Assembly: GCA_963707025.1 (NCBI GenBank) | Contig: CAVPOM010000006.1 | Coordinates: forward strand, 563,369-627,368 | DNA length: 64,000 bases | Direction of reading: 5' to 3' | Origin: an uncultured Verrucomicrobiae bacterium | Lineage (GTDB): Bacteria; Verrucomicrobiota; Verrucomicrobiia; Limisphaerales; Palsa-1400 | Shown here: in pieces, positions 1 to 10,030 of the stretch | Numbering within the stretch: position 1 is the first letter of the stretch | Layout: each line of letters opens with the position of its first letter | The notes under the pieces: generated by a model | Told to the model about the DNA's origin: nothing | The model's database searches: none | What the model saw: the letters and a program-made list of their open reading frames with translations, nothing else | Program-made: the position numbers and the translations under genes

Positions 1-1813
1 AAAAAGACCGGCCAGAGGGTGAACCTCGGCACGGACTTGTTCAGTCTGGCGCTGACCAACGGGGCAGTTTTGCATGCCCGGCGAGTTCAGGCTGGCGGGC
101 GAACCGCGCGTCGCGCCATTGGCGGTCAATCCGAACGCCTCGCGTCTGGCGGAACGGCTGCCGGGCCGGGAACTGGTGGCGGACTTGACCAGCGCGGACG
201 GCAACGTGCAGGTGAGCTGGCATGCGATTTTGCGCGACGGCTCGCGTTATCTGCGCGAGGAGGTGGTTTTCACGGCGGGAAAAAATCCGCTGCCCTTGAA
301 GGGCGTGGGGATGCTGGAGACGTCGAATGCCACCGCGCGCGCGACCGGCACGGTGGACGGCTGCCCGGTGGCGGACCCGACGGCGTTCTACGGGGTGGAG
401 CATCCGCTTTCGATCAATCGTGCGACCAATGGCGTTGTGCGCTGCTTCCTGCCGCGCGGCGCGGCGATTGGGCCGGGCGAAAGCTTTGCCTGTTCGCAGG
501 TGGTTGGGTTCGTGCGGCCGGGGCAATTGCGCCGCGATTTTCTGGCCTACCTGGAACGGGAGCGCGCCCATCCCTACCGGCCGTTTCTACATTACAATTC
601 GTGGTATGACATTGCTTATTTCGGCAAGTATGACGAGGCGGCGGCCTTGAATGTCATCAACGCCTTCGGCCAGGAACTGGCGGTCAAGCGCGGGGTGAAG
701 CTGGATTCGTTTTTGTTCGACGACGGCTGGGACGACAACAAGACGCTCTGGCAGTTTCATTCCGGTTTTCCCAACGGCTTTGCGCCGCTGCAGGAGGCGG
801 CGGCCAAATACGGCGCGGCCCCGGGCATCTGGCTTTCGCCGTGGGGCGGCTACGGCCAGCCGCACACCGAGCGCATTCAATACGGCCGGGAGCAGGGCTT
901 CGAGATCCGCGGCAATAATTTTTCCCTGGCCGGCCCGAAGTACTACGAGCGATTCCGCGGGCGTTGCGTGGAGGTGGTGAAAAAGTACGGCATCAACCAG
1001 TTCAAGTTCGACGGCATCGGGGTGAGCGGGCGGGATGAAACGGGCGCGGGCCTGCGCGATTTTGAGGCGATGCTCAGGCTGATTGCCGAGCTGCGCTCGC
1101 TCAAGCCGGACATTTACATCAACCAGACCACCGGCACCTGGCCGTCGCCTTTCTGGCTGCTGCACGCCGACTCGATCTGGCGCGGCGGGGAGGATCATTC
1201 CTTCGTCAACGGCCCCGAGCCGCAACGCGAGCGCTGGATCACCTACAAGGACAATGACGTTCATTCCCGAATCGTGGGCCGCAGCGAACTGTATCCGCTG
1301 AATTCCTTGATGTTGCACGGCATCATTTACGCCAGGCAGGCGCGCGGGTTGAACTATGACACCAACAACATCCTCAAGTCGGAAATCCGCGCCTATTTTG
1401 GCAACGGCACGCAGTTGCAGGAAATGTATATCACGCCGGCCCTGCTGACGCCGGAAAACTGGGACACCCTGGCCGAGGCGGCCAAGTGGTCGCGCGACAA
1501 TGCCGGGACGCTCGTGGACACGCATTGGGTCGGAGGCGCGCCGTCGGCCCGGCAGGTCTATGGCTGGGCGGCCTGGTCGCCCAGGAAGGGCATTTTGACT
1601 TTGCGCAATCCGTCGGCCGTGGCCGGGGAAATCCGCATTGACCCGGCCAAAGTTTTCGAGCTGCCGGAAGGGGCGGCGCAAAATTACACCATCGCCAATC
1701 CGTTCAAGGATCAGACGGTGGAGGCCACCCGGCTCCGTGCCGGAGAAGAGACCACGTTCAAACTCCAGCCGTTTGAGGTGCTGGTCATCGAGGCTTTGCC
1801 GGAGGTTCGTTGA
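1..1813 (+). CDS. Secreted glycoside hydrolase-like TIM-barrel protein (GH36/alpha-galactosidase-like), 5'-partial, with an apparent single-base frameshift near 77-79
   Basis: ORF 74..1813 has FLHYNSWYD, FLFDDGWDD, GIWLSPWGGY and QFKFDGI motifs typical of clan GH-D barrels. Frame 1 from position 1 (KKTGQRVNLGTDLFSLALTNGAVLHA) joins GEFRL if one C is removed from the CCC at 77-79. Confidence 0.7.
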
Positions 1814-1840
1814 GCGGTTTGTCCCGCCAAAACCGGTACT

Positions 1841-2053
1841 TCATGAGCAGTCACCGTCGCCCGGCAAATCGAGCCGCCGGTCCAATTCCGCCAAAGTGGC
1901 AAATTCCGCGGCGGGCTTTTCAATTTTGGTGGAAAGCTTTTTGCGGTAGGCGGCGTCGGCGGCGTCCTGGAGCGACACGAGGAATGCTGTCAAGTGCCGC
2001 TGTTCGCTCGCGTTTAGCGCGGACAATTCTTGTTTCAACATCTCGATGCTCAC
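1841..2053 (-). CDS. Small hypothetical protein, addiction-module antitoxin-like
   Basis: 70 aa, MSIEMLKQELSALNASEQRHL...TLAELDRRL resembles small antitoxins; family not confirmed. Confidence 0.45.
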   Translation of the reverse strand: MSIEMLKQELSALNASEQRHLTAFLVSLQDAADAAYRKKLSTKIEKPAAEFATLAELDRRLDLPGDGDCS

Positions 2054-2132
2054 CGCTCAATTCTATGCCTGATTCCTTTGGAATCAATCCCAAAAGCCGG
2101 TGGTGGTACAGTTCGAGTTTGAAAGTAACGGC

Positions 2133-2492
2133 CTAATATTTAGGTTCTGATTTCTGTCGTTGCCAATCGCGATAAAGTCCCCACATCATCAAAAACCATA
2201 GCGGGAGAACAAATGCCGGATGACGGTAAACTCGCTCAATGGATTTTGCCGCTGGACTCGGAACAAGATAATTGCACGCGACAACCACGGCGACGAAAAG
2301 AACTACACCGCCAAAGCCTACGCACAGTTCCCGAGGTGGAATGGGGGTAAACAATTCTGAGCGAGTCACGATGACCAAAAATGATATACCAAAGCACATG
2401 CCGAAGCCGGTAAATCCTGTCATCAAAAGCAAACAACCGATGCTGATAAACATGGCAGCGACGGAATAGCGAATGATGAAGGCAGGTTTCAT
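2133..2492 (-). CDS. Small membrane protein (about 4 TM), AT-rich
   Basis: 119 aa with several hydrophobic stretches; lower GC than its flanks. Confidence 0.6.
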   Translation of the reverse strand: MKPAFIIRYSVAAMFISIGCLLLMTGFTGFGMCFGISFLVIVTRSELFTPIPPRELCVGFGGVVLFVAVVVACNYLVPSPAAKSIERVYRHPAFVLPLWFLMMWGLYRDWQRQKSEPKY

Positions 2493-2637
2493 AACAACTA
2501 AAAAGGTAGCCGAACGCGCCCGAAAATCAAGGCAAAAGTCGGTAGTTGCAAAGATCGGCCAGGCAGTTGTTTATCCCGCCAACGTGTGATAGGATTGCAG
2601 GGTCGCAGATCAATCTTGGCCGCATAATCGAACCAAC

Positions 2638-3534
2638 ATGAATCAGAGTCCCATCACCGCGTTAATCTTCACCACCATGCTCGCCGGCATGTCATGGGCT
2701 GGGCAAGCCCAGGGTCCGGAGACCCCGGCGGCAACGGGCGGCGCCACGGCGTCCGCCGCTCCGCCAGCGCCACCCGCCGCGGGCCAGTCCGCCTCCCTCC
2801 CACCGTCCTGGCTCACCGATCTGCCCCAGGCGCAGGCCCGGGCCAAGGCGGAAGGAAAATCCGTCTTCCTTTTTTTTCACGGTTCCGACTGGTGCCCGCC
2901 GTGCGTCGAGATGCAGCGCCAGGTGTTTGACTCGCCCGAATTTGCCCGCTATGCGCGCCAGGCGCTTGTCCTGGTGGATGTGGACTTCCCGGGGAAACAG
3001 GCGCAAAGCGACGCGTTGAAGCGGGCCAACCTCGCGCTGAAAGCCCGGTTCAATCTGGGCCAGGGCTTGGGCGAGGGTTTTCCCACCATCGTTCTGCTCA
3101 ATGACGCCGGCGAAACGGTCTATCAGGAAACGGGCTACGCCGGCGGGGGACCGTCGGAAGTCCTGCCCAAGCTTCAGCGTCATGCCGGGACTGGCGCAGC
3201 CGCCGCCCAACCGGCCGCCTTCAAGAACCTGAGCGTGGACGAGTTCGCGCAAATGACGGCCGACAAACGGAACGTGATTCTGGACGTGCGCACGGCCAGG
3301 GAATTTGCAGCCGGCCATCTGGCCGGGGCCGTGAACCTGGACGTGACGGCGCCGGACTTTGAAACAAAAGCGGCCTTGCTCGACAAGAGCAAGACCTACC
3401 TGGTGCATTGCGCCAGCGGCGTGCGCAGCGTCAAGGCTTGCGAAAAGCTCGGCCGCCTTGATTTTCCCAAACTCTACAACCTGCCCGGAGGCTTCAGGGC
3501 CTGGGCGCAGGCCTGCCAGCCCGTTGAAAAGTGA
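2638..3534 (+). CDS. Exported thioredoxin-fold plus rhodanese-domain fusion protein
   Basis: Signal peptide; FHGSDWCPPC CxxC thioredoxin-like motif; C-terminal ILDVRT..EF..GHL.GA, active loop CASGVRS and LPGGFRAW. Confidence 0.85.
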   Translation: MNQSPITALIFTTMLAGMSWAGQAQGPETPAATGGATASAAPPAPPAAGQSASLPPSWLTDLPQAQARAKAEGKSVFLFFHGSDWCPPCVEMQRQVFDSPEFARYARQALVLVDVDFPGKQAQSDALKRANLALKARFNLGQGLGEGFPTIVLLNDAGETVYQETGYAGGGPSEVLPKLQRHAGTGAAAAQPAAFKNLSVDEFAQMTADKRNVILDVRTAREFAAGHLAGAVNLDVTAPDFETKAALLDKSKTYLVHCASGVRSVKACEKLGRLDFPKLYNLPGGFRAWAQACQPVEK

Positions 3535-3682
3535 CGCCAGCGCCGGCCCGGTCAAGTTCCACGAGCTGGCCGGCACAAGCCTGCGGGCCGTCCTCCGGCC
3601 TGTTGCAATTTGCAGTGAGTCGGTCAGGGGTGGCCAGGCGGGTCTGGCCTTGGCTTTGCCCGCCGTCACGGACGCCCGGCCA

Positions 3683-3710
3683 GATTTTGCATTTTGCATT
3701 TTCCATTTTC
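3683..3710. repeat. Short tandem heptamer repeat (CATTTTS x4)
   Basis: gattttg cattttg cattttc cattttc just upstream of the ATG at 3730. Confidence 0.7.
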
Positions 3711-3729
3711 CCCCTACCATGTGGGTGAG

Positions 3730-4326
3730 ATGCCTGAATTGCCTGATCGTCTGTGGAAGGAATACAGCGAAGTTTTCGCGGATTTCGATGACCTGACGCT
3801 GGCCCGCTGGCTGGCCCAAACGCTCGCCCAACTCAAGGGGCGGGCCTTGCGCTTTTCCCATCCGCTGGTGGGGGCTTACCGGCTGGCGGCCGAACAAGCC
3901 CATCACCGCCAAATCTGGCTCAAGCGCATGGTGGACGCGCCGGCGGGGTTTGCCGAAGCCGCCTGCTGCCGCGCCCCGGCCCTGCCGCTCTTTTCGCGCG
4001 ATGTGCTGGAAACCGGATTACTCTGCCAGCATTGTTCGGAAACGCTGGTGGCCCCGGAGGATTTGCCGGAGGATTTGCAGCCGGCGGTCAAACGCTGGGC
4101 CTCCGAATATGCGCCGGTCCACGCCGTGGCGCATTGGGAGGAGCGCCGGCGCAAATCGGAGGCGGCTTACGACAAGGCGTGCGAGGCAGCCGCGCAGCAC
4201 GCGGAAAAACTCCTGGCCGTGGCCGGCTTTGAACTCATGCCGCGTTTTTTGGAGCACTACCCGGCCATCATCTGGGAAGACCATGACGAATGTTCGGAAG
4301 TCCGGCCGGATGACATCAACCCGTAG
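3730..4326 (+). CDS. Conserved hypothetical protein with CC and CxxC motifs (possible Zn-binding)
   Basis: MPELPDRLW start; ACCRAP and LCQHC motifs; codon usage consistent with the genome. Confidence 0.65.
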   Translation: MPELPDRLWKEYSEVFADFDDLTLARWLAQTLAQLKGRALRFSHPLVGAYRLAAEQAHHRQIWLKRMVDAPAGFAEAACCRAPALPLFSRDVLETGLLCQHCSETLVAPEDLPEDLQPAVKRWASEYAPVHAVAHWEERRRKSEAAYDKACEAAAQHAEKLLAVAGFELMPRFLEHYPAIIWEDHDECSEVRPDDINP

Positions 4327-4373
4327 GCCCATGGTGAAGCGAGGATGGCGGATTGGCAGCCGGAAAGCACGCG

Positions 4374-5072
4374 ATGTTTAAACTGATCAAACGATTGTTC
4401 CGCTGGGCGCTTTATCTGTTCATGATGGTGCTGGTGCTGGTCGTGGCGGCGGTCCTTTTGCTGAATCCGATTGTCAAACAACTCGTGCAAAGCCGCTTCC
4501 GCTCCGCCACCGGCATGGACGTGAAGATCGGGAAAATGGACATCGGGCTGGGCACTCCCACCATCGCCATGGAAGATGTTAAAATCTACAATACCCCTGG
4601 ATTGGGCGGCTCGCTGTTCCTGAGCATGCCTGAAATTTTTGTGGATTATGACCGGGACGCCATGCGCGCGCACAAGCTGCACCTCAATCTGGTCCGCATC
4701 ACCCTGGCGGAAATAGACCTCGTGCAGGACAAAAAAGGCCGCGACCTGGTGGGCATCGCCGAAAAGAGCCAGGCGGTCGAGGGCGGGATTAAAAAGCAAT
4801 GGTCCGCCTTCACTTTCACCGGTCTGGATACCTTGAACGTGACGTTGCAGAAGCTGCGCCTCAGGCGGCTGGATTCGCCCTCCCCGGTGGAGGAGGTCAA
4901 TTGCGGCATTTCCAACGAGGTCTTCACCAACCTCAAAACCGGGGAGGATTGGCAAAACCTGGCCGTGATCCTGGCGGCCAGAAGCTCGGCGTCCGCTTCC
5001 CGCTCCGGCAATGCCCCGGTTGACCTGGCCAGGCTGCTGCAACAATTTTTGCCGGCAGGCACAAAAAAGTAA
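4374..5072 (+). CDS. AsmA-like N-terminally anchored protein
   Basis: N-terminal TM helix followed by ATGMDVKIGKMDIGL, typical of AsmA N-termini. Confidence 0.65.
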   Translation: MFKLIKRLFRWALYLFMMVLVLVVAAVLLLNPIVKQLVQSRFRSATGMDVKIGKMDIGLGTPTIAMEDVKIYNTPGLGGSLFLSMPEIFVDYDRDAMRAHKLHLNLVRITLAEIDLVQDKKGRDLVGIAEKSQAVEGGIKKQWSAFTFTGLDTLNVTLQKLRLRRLDSPSPVEEVNCGISNEVFTNLKTGEDWQNLAVILAARSSASASRSGNAPVDLARLLQQFLPAGTKK

Positions 5073-5169
5073 CCGGCGCAATTGGCGGCGGGGCTTGCAC
5101 CCAAAGCACGCCAACCAACCCGAATAATCTTTGGCCCCCGCCCCTTCCCCCTTACATTCGCGAGCGAAA

Positions 5170-6873
5170 ATGTCGAAGATGTTGAAATCATCCGGTGGGA
5201 TCGGAGCGGCCACGCTGGCCAGCCGGGTGCTGGGCCTGGTGCGCGAACAGTTCTTTGCCGCTTTCATGGGGACCACTGCCATTGCGGGGGCGTTTCAATT
5301 CGCCTTCATGATTCCCAATATGTTCCGGCGCCTGCTGGGGGAAGGGGCCTTGACCGCGGCCTTCATCCCCATCTTCAAGGCCAAGGAAAAAACCGAGGGC
5401 GAGGCGGCCATGTGGCAGGCGGCCAACGCCGTCGTCTCGGGGCTGCTGGTCCTGGCCATGGGCATCGTCCTCCTGGTCATTTTGGCGCTGTCCCTTTTGT
5501 TGATCGCGCGAACCTGGCAGCCGGAGACCAGGCTGATGTTCCAACTGATGCGCCTGATGTTTCCTTACATGTTGATGGCCTGCCTCGGCGCCGTCTTCAT
5601 CGGCATCCTCAACGCCCGCGGCCGTTTCTTCGTCCCCGCCCTGAGCGCGGCGATTCTGAACGTCGTGCTCATCAGCGCGGCCGCGCTGGTTTTGTCGTTG
5701 GGAAAGGATTATGACGCAAGCCTGCACAAGCAGGTTTTCATCCTGGCCGGCGCCGTGCTGGTGGCGGGCGTGGCGCAGGCGGCTTACCAGTTGCCGGCGC
5801 TGCGGTGCGAAGGATTCCGTTATCGCTGGGTCACGCCGTGGCGCGATGCCACGGTGCGGGAAGTGGCCGCGAAAATGATTCCCGGAGCCATCGGCGTGGC
5901 GGCCTTCCAAATCAATGTCACGGTCAACCAGGCTTTTGCCTTTGGCGAGAACGCCAGGATTGTGAGCGAATTCAACTACGGGGTCCGCCTGATGGAACTG
6001 CCGCAGGGCGTGTTTGGCTTGTCGCTGGCCACCTTTCTTTTGCCCACCCTGTCGGCGCTGGCGGTGGAAAAAAATTTCGGCCAGTTCCGCTCGACGTTGC
6101 GCCAGGGCGTCAACCATCTGATTTTTGTCAACCTGCTCGCCTCGGTGCTGCTCTTTACCATGGCCGAGCCGATCATCCGGCTGCTCTTTGAGCGCGGGAA
6201 ATTTGACGCCCTCTCCACCACGCGCGTCAGTTTTGGCCTGATGTGCCTGGTGCCGGGGCTGGTTTCCTTTTCGCTGGTCAACATTTTCGCCCGGGCCTTT
6301 TATGCGCTGCAAGACATCCGGACCCCGATGCGCGTCAGTGTTTTTTGTCTCGCGGCCAATGTGGTGTTGACAGTGATTTTTCTTTTTGGCACGGACCTGC
6401 GGGCCGGGGCGCTCGGCCTGGCCAACAGCCTGAGTTCCTTTTGCAATCTGGGCCTGCTGGTCTTTTCCCTGCGGAAAAAATTGCGGACCCTGGAAATGGC
6501 GGAATGCCTCGCCCAACTGCCGCGCCTGGCGCTGGCCGGATTGCTGGCGGGTTTGGAGGCCTGGGTTCTCCGCCGGCATTGGACGGCGCAGGCCGGTCAT
6601 GCCACCCTCCCGCTCAAACTGGGCGAGGTTTTTCTGCCCATGACCGCGGCCGCGGCCGTTTATTTCCTGCTCGCCCTGTGGTGGAAGGTTCCTTCCGCGC
6701 ACGAGATCGCCGGTTTGCTGGCCGGGCGCGCCGCATCTGTCAGGTACCTAATAATGAGCCGCTCCCCCCGTCCGGCCCGCCGGCTTAGCCAGGATAATTC
6801 AGCCCCGCGCCCCAACCCGGCGGGGCGGGCGGGCCGCCCCTGCCGCCCCGGCGCCGGGAAATTTCCGGGTTAG
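5170..6873 (+). CDS. murJ: Lipid II flippase MurJ (MviN)
   Basis: SRVLGLVRE, AF.IPNMFRRLLGEGALTAAFIP, RLMELPQGVFG and RAFYALQDIRTP motifs; multiple TM segments. Confidence 0.95.
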   Translation: MSKMLKSSGGIGAATLASRVLGLVREQFFAAFMGTTAIAGAFQFAFMIPNMFRRLLGEGALTAAFIPIFKAKEKTEGEAAMWQAANAVVSGLLVLAMGIVLLVILALSLLLIARTWQPETRLMFQLMRLMFPYMLMACLGAVFIGILNARGRFFVPALSAAILNVVLISAAALVLSLGKDYDASLHKQVFILAGAVLVAGVAQAAYQLPALRCEGFRYRWVTPWRDATVREVAAKMIPGAIGVAAFQINVTVNQAFAFGENARIVSEFNYGVRLMELPQGVFGLSLATFLLPTLSALAVEKNFGQFRSTLRQGVNHLIFVNLLASVLLFTMAEPIIRLLFERGKFDALSTTRVSFGLMCLVPGLVSFSLVNIFARAFYALQDIRTPMRVSVFCLAANVVLTVIFLFGTDLRAGALGLANSLSSFCNLGLLVFSLRKKLRTLEMAECLAQLPRLALAGLLAGLEAWVLRRHWTAQAGHATLPLKLGEVFLPMTAAAAVYFLLALWWKVPSAHEIAGLLAGRAASVRYLIMSRSPRPARRLSQDNSAPRPNPAGRAGRPCRPGAGKFPG

Positions 6874-9857
6874 AGCCATTTCTTGTGGATGAGCCACATC
6901 TTGACCAGTTGGGTCAGGACCACGTAACAGACCAGCGTGGCCAGCAAAATGGGCCAGAACAGCCAGGGCAGCGCCACGAAGCCGAGCCATTTGGCCAGGG
7001 GCGAGCAGGGCAGCCAGGCGGCCACGGCCATGATGATCACGGTCGTGATGGTCAGAGGCGTGCTGGCCCGGGCCTGGATGAACGGAATCTGGCGGGTGCG
7101 GATGACGTGAATAATGAGAGTCTGGGTCATGAGCGATTCGACAAACCAGCCGGTGTGAAAGAGGGCCGCGCCCGCCGGGTCCCAGCAGTGGAACAGATCC
7201 AACATCACAAAAAACGTGGTGTAATCAAAAATCGAACTGACTGGTCCGATGAACAGGATGAAGCGCGAAATCTCCCCCATGTCCCACGGCTGCGGTTTGG
7301 CGAGCAGGCGGACGTTGACGTTGTCGGTCGGAATGGCGACCTGGGAAAAGTCATAGAGCAGATTGTTGGTCAGAATTTGAATGGGCAGCATGGGCTGATA
7401 GGGCAAAAAGGCGCTGGCGCCCAGCACGCTGAACATGTTGCCAAAGTTGGAGCTGGCCCCCATGCGGATGTATTTGAGAATGTTGACGAAGACTTTGCGC
7501 CCTTCCAGCACCCCCTCCTCCAGCACCATCAGGTTTTTTTCCAGGAGGATCATGTCGGCCGAGTCCTTGGCGATGTCCACCGCGTTGTCCACCGAGATGC
7601 CCACGTCAGCCGCGCGCAAGGCGGGAGCGTCATTGATGCCGTCGCCCATGAAGCCGACGACGCGGCCGTTGCGGCGGAGGGCCTCGACGATGCGCTGCTT
7701 GTGCGTGGGGGAAAGGCGGGCGAAGACCTGGGTGGTTTGGACCGCCTGGCCCAGTTGTTCGTCGCTCATGTTTTCCACCGCGCTGCCCAGCACCACCTGC
7801 CCGGTGTCCAGGCCCACCTCTTTGCAGACTTTGCGGGTGACCAGATCGTTGTCGCCGGTCAGTACTTTGACGGCGACGCCGTTGTGCTGCAAGGCGGCGA
7901 TGGCCCGGCCGGCCGTCTCCTTGGGGGGATCGAGAAAGGCGATGTAACCCTTGAGAATCAATGCCGCTTCGTCGGCTTTGGAGTAAGCGGCCCGTTTGTC
8001 CAGGTTCCGGTAGGCCACGGCCAGCACGCGGAATCCGTCGGCGCTCAAATCATTGTATTCCTGGATGAGATCGCCCATCAAAATGGGTTCCATCGGCAGG
8101 ATTTCGCCCTCGCTTTCAAACTGGGTGCAATGGGCAAAAACCGCTTCCGGCGCGCCTTTGGTCAGGATCTGGTATTCATGGCCGGGCGTTTCCACGATGA
8201 CCGACATCATCTTGCGCGAAAAATCGAACGGGATTTCGTCCACCTTCCGGTAATTGTCAATGCAAAGTTTCTGCCCGGCCTCCGCATGGCTCAAGACCGC
8301 GCGATCCAGCACGTTCTTCAGCCCGGTCTGAAAATGGCTGATGAGGTAGGCATCCAGCAAGACGGGGTCGCTTTGTTTCTTGAACACGTCGCAATAGATT
8401 TCCAGGATGACGTGATCGCGCGTCAGCGTGCCGGTCTTGTCCGTGCAGAGCACGTTCATGGCGCCGAAGTTCTGGATGGAATTGAGGCGTTTGACGATGA
8501 CTTTCTTCCGGGCCATGGCCAGCGCCCCCTTGGACAGGCAGACCGAGACGATCATGGGCAGCATTTCCGGCGTCAAACCCACCGCCACCGCCAGCGCGAA
8601 CAGAAATGCCCCGCCCCAGTCATGCCGGCGGCTTTTTTTCAATTCCGCCGGGTAAGCGTCCTCCAGCAGCAAGCGGTTGAGCCGGAAATCATGGCGGCCC
8701 GGGTGCTGCAGGCGCTCCTGCGTTTCCGGCCCCAGCCGGATGCCCTGGAAACGGTTCCCGTCGTAGAGGGACGGCCCGGAAACAATCGTGTTCAAGTTGG
8801 AAACGAGAAACCCGGCCAGCTCAGCGCTGTTGCTGGGTGAGAGTTGCCAGGCGGCCAGGGACGCGCGGGCGCCGGGGTCCAATTGCCCGCTCAAAAAGGC
8901 GGAGACCGGGTCGGCTTTGGCCGCCAGTTTGCCAGCCAAGGAGGGGAGTTTGACCAGGTCATCGGGCGCAATCTCCGAGGGCGATTTGCTCAAAGCGTTG
9001 ATGAGAAACACGGCCGGGACCATGACCAGCATGAAGGTCAGCATCAGGTAGGTGAATTTTTTGATCCCTTTGTCGAAGTTGGTCTCGATCGTCTGCATCG
9101 TCATGCTGCTGGCGATGCCCCCCAAATAAGTGCGGGGGCCGGTCTCCACCACCACCGCGTGCGCCGTGCCGCTTTCCACGCTCGTTCCCAGGAAGCAGAG
9201 GTTGGCAAATTCCAAAGGCGAGATGTTTTCCCGCGTTTCCCGCGGGTCAAACTTTTCCACCGGCAATGATTCCCCCGTCAGCGTTGCCTGGATGATGAAC
9301 AAATCCTTGGCCGTCAGAATCCGCACATCCGCCGGAATCATGTCGCCGGCGCATAATATGACAATGTCGCCGGGGACCAGGCGCTGCAAGGGGACTTCGG
9401 CGGGAAGGCCGTCGCGCAGGGCGGTGGCCGTGACCTTGATCATCGCCTTCAACTTGGCGGCGGCGGAGTCGGCCTTGGATTCCTGGATGAAGCGCAGGCC
9501 CACACCGAGCACGACCATGGCCACCATCAGCCAGGCGCCGACGAAATCGCTGGTCTCCTGGGCGGTGGAAAAGCTGATGGTGGCCAGAACGGTCAACAGA
9601 ATGACCAGCGGATTGCGCACGGCGTGGAACAGGCGGGTGGCCCAGGTATGACGTTTCTCGGTGGAAACTTCATTGGGACCCACGCTGGCCAGGCGCTCCT
9701 CCGCCACCGCTTCGGTCAACCCTTCCGGGCCGGTTTCCAGCTTGCGCAACGCTTCCGCCGCCTCCATCCGGCCCGCTTCCACCAATTGCGCGGAGACCCG
9801 TCCGCTGGCGGGCTTGCGTTTTGGCGGCGGCGCCGCAGTGTTGCTTTGGTTGTTCAT
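6870..9857 (-). CDS. mgtA: Magnesium-translocating P-type ATPase carrying a 120-aa in-frame insertion (8625-8984)
   Basis: LTGESLPVEK, VAVGLTPEMLP, DKTGTLT, MGDGINDAP and SSNFGNMFS (P3B/MgtA signatures). Confidence 0.93.
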   Translation of the reverse strand: MNNQSNTAAPPPKRKPASGRVSAQLVEAGRMEAAEALRKLETGPEGLTEAVAEERLASVGPNEVSTEKRHTWATRLFHAVRNPLVILLTVLATISFSTAQETSDFVGAWLMVAMVVLGVGLRFIQESKADSAAAKLKAMIKVTATALRDGLPAEVPLQRLVPGDIVILCAGDMIPADVRILTAKDLFIIQATLTGESLPVEKFDPRETRENISPLEFANLCFLGTSVESGTAHAVVVETGPRTYLGGIASSMTMQTIETNFDKGIKKFTYLMLTFMLVMVPAVFLINALSKSPSEIAPDDLVKLPSLAGKLAAKADPVSAFLSGQLDPGARASLAAWQLSPSNSAELAGFLVSNLNTIVSGPSLYDGNRFQGIRLGPETQERLQHPGRHDFRLNRLLLEDAYPAELKKSRRHDWGGAFLFALAVAVGLTPEMLPMIVSVCLSKGALAMARKKVIVKRLNSIQNFGAMNVLCTDKTGTLTRDHVILEIYCDVFKKQSDPVLLDAYLISHFQTGLKNVLDRAVLSHAEAGQKLCIDNYRKVDEIPFDFSRKMMSVIVETPGHEYQILTKGAPEAVFAHCTQFESEGEILPMEPILMGDLIQEYNDLSADGFRVLAVAYRNLDKRAAYSKADEAALILKGYIAFLDPPKETAGRAIAALQHNGVAVKVLTGDNDLVTRKVCKEVGLDTGQVVLGSAVENMSDEQLGQAVQTTQVFARLSPTHKQRIVEALRRNGRVVGFMGDGINDAPALRAADVGISVDNAVDIAKDSADMILLEKNLMVLEEGVLEGRKVFVNILKYIRMGASSNFGNMFSVLGASAFLPYQPMLPIQILTNNLLYDFSQVAIPTDNVNVRLLAKPQPWDMGEISRFILFIGPVSSIFDYTTFFVMLDLFHCWDPAGAALFHTGWFVESLMTQTLIIHVIRTRQIPFIQARASTPLTITTVIIMAVAAWLPCSPLAKWLGFVALPWLFWPILLATLVCYVVLTQLVKMWLIHKKWL
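8625..8984 (-). other. In-frame inserted ~120-aa domain in the MgtA TM3-TM4 loop
   Basis: Interrupts the normally contiguous IN(A/G)L(S/T)K|HDW; homologous to the yidC insertion at 11434-11802. Confidence 0.85.
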
Positions 9858-10000
9858 TCCTTCACAACTGCCGGCGGCGAATAAACCACAACCTCCTGCC
9901 AAAGGTCACGGTTAAAATACCTTGATTTGCGTGGTTGACTCGCGGCGGGGCGGCGGTATGTTCTCAGGCTCGGAAGCGCGGGGTCGCCGTGGCCGGGCTG

Positions 10001-10028
10001 TTGCCCCCGACGCGGGGCAATTTACAAT
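10001..10028 (+). promoter_or_regulatory. Putative sigma70 promoter of the rpmH operon
   Basis: TTGCCC-16 nt-TACAAT upstream of rpmH. Confidence 0.5.
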
Positions 10029-10030
10029 AT

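Noticed and set aside
1813-2520. Integron cassettes
   Set aside because: No attC-like RYYYAAC...GTTRRRY palindromes I can support, and no integrase.
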